Source: Dehalococcoidia bacterium (GTDB lineage Bacteria; Chloroflexota; Dehalococcoidia; UBA2979). From it: a DNA stretch of 64,000 bases. The position numbers and the translations under genes are program-made. The stretch lies in contig OZ253555.1 in assembly GCA_965262725.1 (NCBI GenBank), forward strand, positions 2,912,001 to 2,976,000, written 5' to 3'. The notes under the pieces are model-generated. The model made no database searches. It was not told where the DNA came from and saw only the letters and a program-made list of their open reading frames with translations. Shown here piece by piece: positions 61,632 to 64,000 of this stretch (position 1 is its first letter; every line of letters starts with the position of its first letter).

Positions 61632-62401
61632 CCGCCACCACCTCAGACCTCCGTCCGCTGCTCAAGCGCCTCAAGCTCGGCCGTATGCTCGACACCCTGC
61701 CCGAGCGCATCGCCCTCGCGCGGCGCGACCACCTCGACTACGCGGACTTCCTGCAGATCCTGCTCGTCGACGAGGTGAGCCGCCGCGACCACGGGCGGTT
61801 GGAGCTGCGCCTGCGCCAGGCCGGCTTCGAGCAGCTCTGCCGCCTCGAGGACTTCGACTGGGCGGCCGCCATCCGGCTCGACCGCCGCCTGCTCGACGCC
61901 GCCTTCTCGCTGCACTTCCTCGATCGCCGCGAGCACGTCCTGCTCGTCGGCCCCGTCGGCGTCGGCAAGAGCTTCTTAGCCCAGGCGCTCGGCTACTCAG
62001 CCGTCCGCTCCGGACGCAGCGTCCGCTTCGCCCCGGCCGACCACTACTTCCGCGAGATGGCGCAGGCCCGCGTCGACCACTCGGCCGAGAAGGTCTTTCG
62101 AAGCTTCCTCGCGCCCGACCTGCTCATCCTCGACGACCTCGGGCTCCATCGCCTCAGCGCGCAGCAGTCCATCGACCTCTACGAGCTGGTCATCGGGCGC
62201 CACCGCAGCTCCAGCTTCGTCATCACCTCGAACCGCGCCGTAGAGGAATGGCTGGGTCTCTTCGACGACCCGATCCTCGGCAACAGCGCCCTCGACCGCC
62301 TCGCCAACGCCAGCTACCAGATCGTGATCGAGGGCGATAGCTACCGCCAGCGGCTCTCGCCGCACCGCGCCCTGCTCGAGGCGCAGACGGGAGGTGATTG
62401 A
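61628..62401 (+). CDS. istB: IS21 helper ATPase
   Basis: LEDFD, GPVGVGKS, DLLILDDLG, ITSNR, LDRL. Confidence 0.95.
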   Translation: MTATTSDLRPLLKRLKLGRMLDTLPERIALARRDHLDYADFLQILLVDEVSRRDHGRLELRLRQAGFEQLCRLEDFDWAAAIRLDRRLLDAAFSLHFLDRREHVLLVGPVGVGKSFLAQALGYSAVRSGRSVRFAPADHYFREMAQARVDHSAEKVFRSFLAPDLLILDDLGLHRLSAQQSIDLYELVIGRHRSSSFVITSNRAVEEWLGLFDDPILGNSALDRLANASYQIVIEGDSYRQRLSPHRALLEAQTGGD

Positions 62402-62406
62402 CGCGC

Positions 62407-63539
62407 TAGTGTCCTGATTCGTAATAGCGACAGATAACGGGTATGGTGGCACAGCGGGGTTTTGCCCCATGGGGCAGACTCTGGAGTGTCATGAGCACCC
62501 GAATCGGACGGCCGACGGTCGCGATCGTCCTGAGCGACGAGGAGCGTGAGACGCTGGAGCGGTGGGCGCGCCGGCCGACATCGGCCCAGGCGCTGGCGCT
62601 GCGCTGTCGCATCGTCCTGGCAGCGGCCGAGGGGACATCGAATAAAGCGATCGCCGCGGCGCTCGATTGCCATCCGGTCACCGTCGGCAAGTGGCGCCGG
62701 CGCTTTGCGCAGGGGCGGCTCGATGGGCTACAGGATGAGCCGCGCCCCGGGGCGCCGCGCACGATCGCCGATGCACAGGTGGAAGCGGTGATCGTCACGA
62801 CGCTGGAGGAGCAGCCTCCCAACGCGACGCACTGGTCGACCCGATCGATGGCAGCCGCGGTCGGGATGTCGCAGTCGGCGATCTTCAGGATCTGGCGCGC
62901 CTTCGGCCTGAAGCCGCACCTCGTGGAGAGCTTCAAGCTGTCGCCCGACCCGCAGTTCATCGACAAGGTGCGCGACGTGGCCGGGCTCTATCTCAACCCG
63001 CCCGACGCGGCGGTTGTGCTGTGCGTGGACGAGAAGACCCAGATCCAGGCACTCGACCGCACCGCGCCGACGGTGCCGATGATGCCCGGCGTCCCCGCCC
63101 GCCAGACGCACGACTACATCCGTCACGGCACGACGAACCTCTACGCGGCGCTCGATGTCGCCTCGGGATGCGTGATCACGGAGATGACCCCCCGGCACCG
63201 GGCTCGGGAGTTCCAGCAGTTCCTCGCCCTCATCGACCAAAGCGTTCCCCGTGAGCTGGCGGTGCATGTCGTGCTCGACAACGTCTCCACGCACCGCACG
63301 CCCGCCATCCAGCGCTGGCTCCAGCGCCATCCCCGCTTCACCTTCCATTTCACGCCGACCTACAGCTCCTGGATGAACCTCGTGGAGCGCTGGTTTGCAG
63401 AGCTCACCAGCAAGTGGCTCCGGCGCGGCACGCACCATAGCGTCCCTGATCTGATCCGCTCAGTGGAGATGTGGGTCGCCAGCTGGAACGAGAATCCGAG
63501 GCCCTTCATCTGGCACAAGTCCGCGGACCAGATCCTTGA
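62407..63539 (+). mobile_element. IS630-family element interrupted near its 3' end by a group II intron
   Basis: Left end TA|GTGTCCTGATTCGTAA; transposase follows. Confidence 0.85.
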
Positions 63540-63543
63540 GTAG
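62491..63543 (+). CDS. IS630 transposase (C-terminus truncated by intron)
   Basis: VDEKTQIQALDR, HDYIRHGT, LDN..TH, HFTPTYSSWMNLVERWF, PRPFIW; the stop codon is supplied by intron sequence. Confidence 0.93.
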   Translation: MSTRIGRPTVAIVLSDEERETLERWARRPTSAQALALRCRIVLAAAEGTSNKAIAAALDCHPVTVGKWRRRFAQGRLDGLQDEPRPGAPRTIADAQVEAVIVTTLEEQPPNATHWSTRSMAAAVGMSQSAIFRIWRAFGLKPHLVESFKLSPDPQFIDKVRDVAGLYLNPPDAAVVLCVDEKTQIQALDRTAPTVPMMPGVPARQTHDYIRHGTTNLYAALDVASGCVITEMTPRHRAREFQQFLALIDQSVPRELAVHVVLDNVSTHRTPAIQRWLQRHPRFTFHFTPTYSSWMNLVERWFAELTSKWLRRGTHHSVPDLIRSVEMWVASWNENPRPFIWHKSADQILE

Positions 63544-64000
63544 GGTCAGGGGCTGGCGCGGTGCGAGCCGTAGGCGGTGGCGCATATTGCCAGGCCGGTT
63601 TCCCGGTGGCGCCCATCTCCACAGCCGTAGCATCGTCCGTCTCCAGCCCCTGCCGCCTCGAACCGGACGTGAGGTTTTCCCTCATCCGGCTCACCGATGC
63701 CCTTCACCGGGCGGCATGCGGGGTGCCCCGCCACGGTCGATATGGCCGTGGTGCCACGACGCGCTGTCCAGCTAGCGAGATGAGCCCCAGACGGTCGGCG
63801 ACGGGAAACGGGTGCCCGCGATGGCGTCGCCGCCAACGCAACCGCTTCCCCAGCCAGAGTTTGAGTCTCCACATGGCAAACCAGTGCAGGACGTCGAACG
63901 CCCTCGCCGAGTTGCCGTAGCGGAAGTAGCTCATCCAGCCGCGGAGGTAGCGATTGACTTCCTCCACGACCTGCCGGGGACTCAGCAGCAGACGCAACCG
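63540..64000 (-). mobile_element. Group II intron 3' end (domains V and VI)
   Basis: Domain V GAGCCGGATGAGGGAAAACCTCACGTCCGGTTC (63692-63660); domain VI AGGGGCTGG...CCAGCCCCTGACCCTAC ending at 63540. Confidence 0.93.
63704..64000 (-). CDS. ltrA: Group II intron reverse transcriptase/maturase, C-terminal part
   Basis: EVNRYLRGWMSYFRYGN maturase motif; no endonuclease domain before the stop. Confidence 0.9.
   Translation of the reverse strand, partial: RLRLLLSPRQVVEEVNRYLRGWMSYFRYGNSARAFDVLHWFAMWRLKLWLGKRLRWRRRHRGHPFPVADRLGLISLAGQRVVAPRPYRPWRGTPHAAR

Larger units (their letters stand above)
59894..62406 (+). mobile_element. IS21-family element (right end displaced by IS630 insertion)
   Basis: Left end TGTGAATCGCCAGG...; three TCGCCARGRTC-type direct repeats within 59900-59975; istA-istB. 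Confidence 0.88.

Noticed and set aside
63704-64000. Retron, DGR or defence reverse transcriptase
   Set aside because: Maturase motif followed by clear domains V and VI identifies a group II intron.

Overview
A very GC-rich bacterial chromosome segment. Gene content and signatures (TLGH-type TyrS, LLM oxidoreductase, family-5 solute-binding proteins, DUF6391, BldC-like HTH) suggest Chloroflexota/Dehalococcoidia; this is inference only. Bases 1-56560 are mostly core genes: an EF-G paralogue, an aromatic amino acid supercluster (tyrA, aroA, trpE-G-D-C-F-B-A, aroH, aroF, tyrS), ribF, gmk, pyrE, lepB, fba, an ECF sigma/anti-sigma pair, ribD-E-BA-H, dinB and dnaN. Small catabolic clusters and one complete IS5 are interspersed. 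From about 56.6 kb the window is a mobile-element hotspot: vapBC, IS5 and IS256 remnants, an AAA_14/DUF4143 ATPase, and nested IS21 > IS630 > group II intron. Main leads: (1) a BldC-like regulator fused to a truncated CysG Rossmann domain, followed by a full-length HemC whose catalytic residues are selectively replaced, possibly a tetrapyrrole pathway repurposed as a sensor; (2) an unannotated 55-aa leaderless Cys-rich protein whose UGA is followed by a SECIS-like hairpin; (3) pyrE with no canonical start codon (probable ATC); (4) a catalytically dead NUDIX-DinB fusion and a CPBP protease inside the trp operon, whose leader has a terminator but no recognisable attenuation mechanism; (5) pervasive leaderless transcripts. 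All family calls come from motif recognition by eye; no searches were run.
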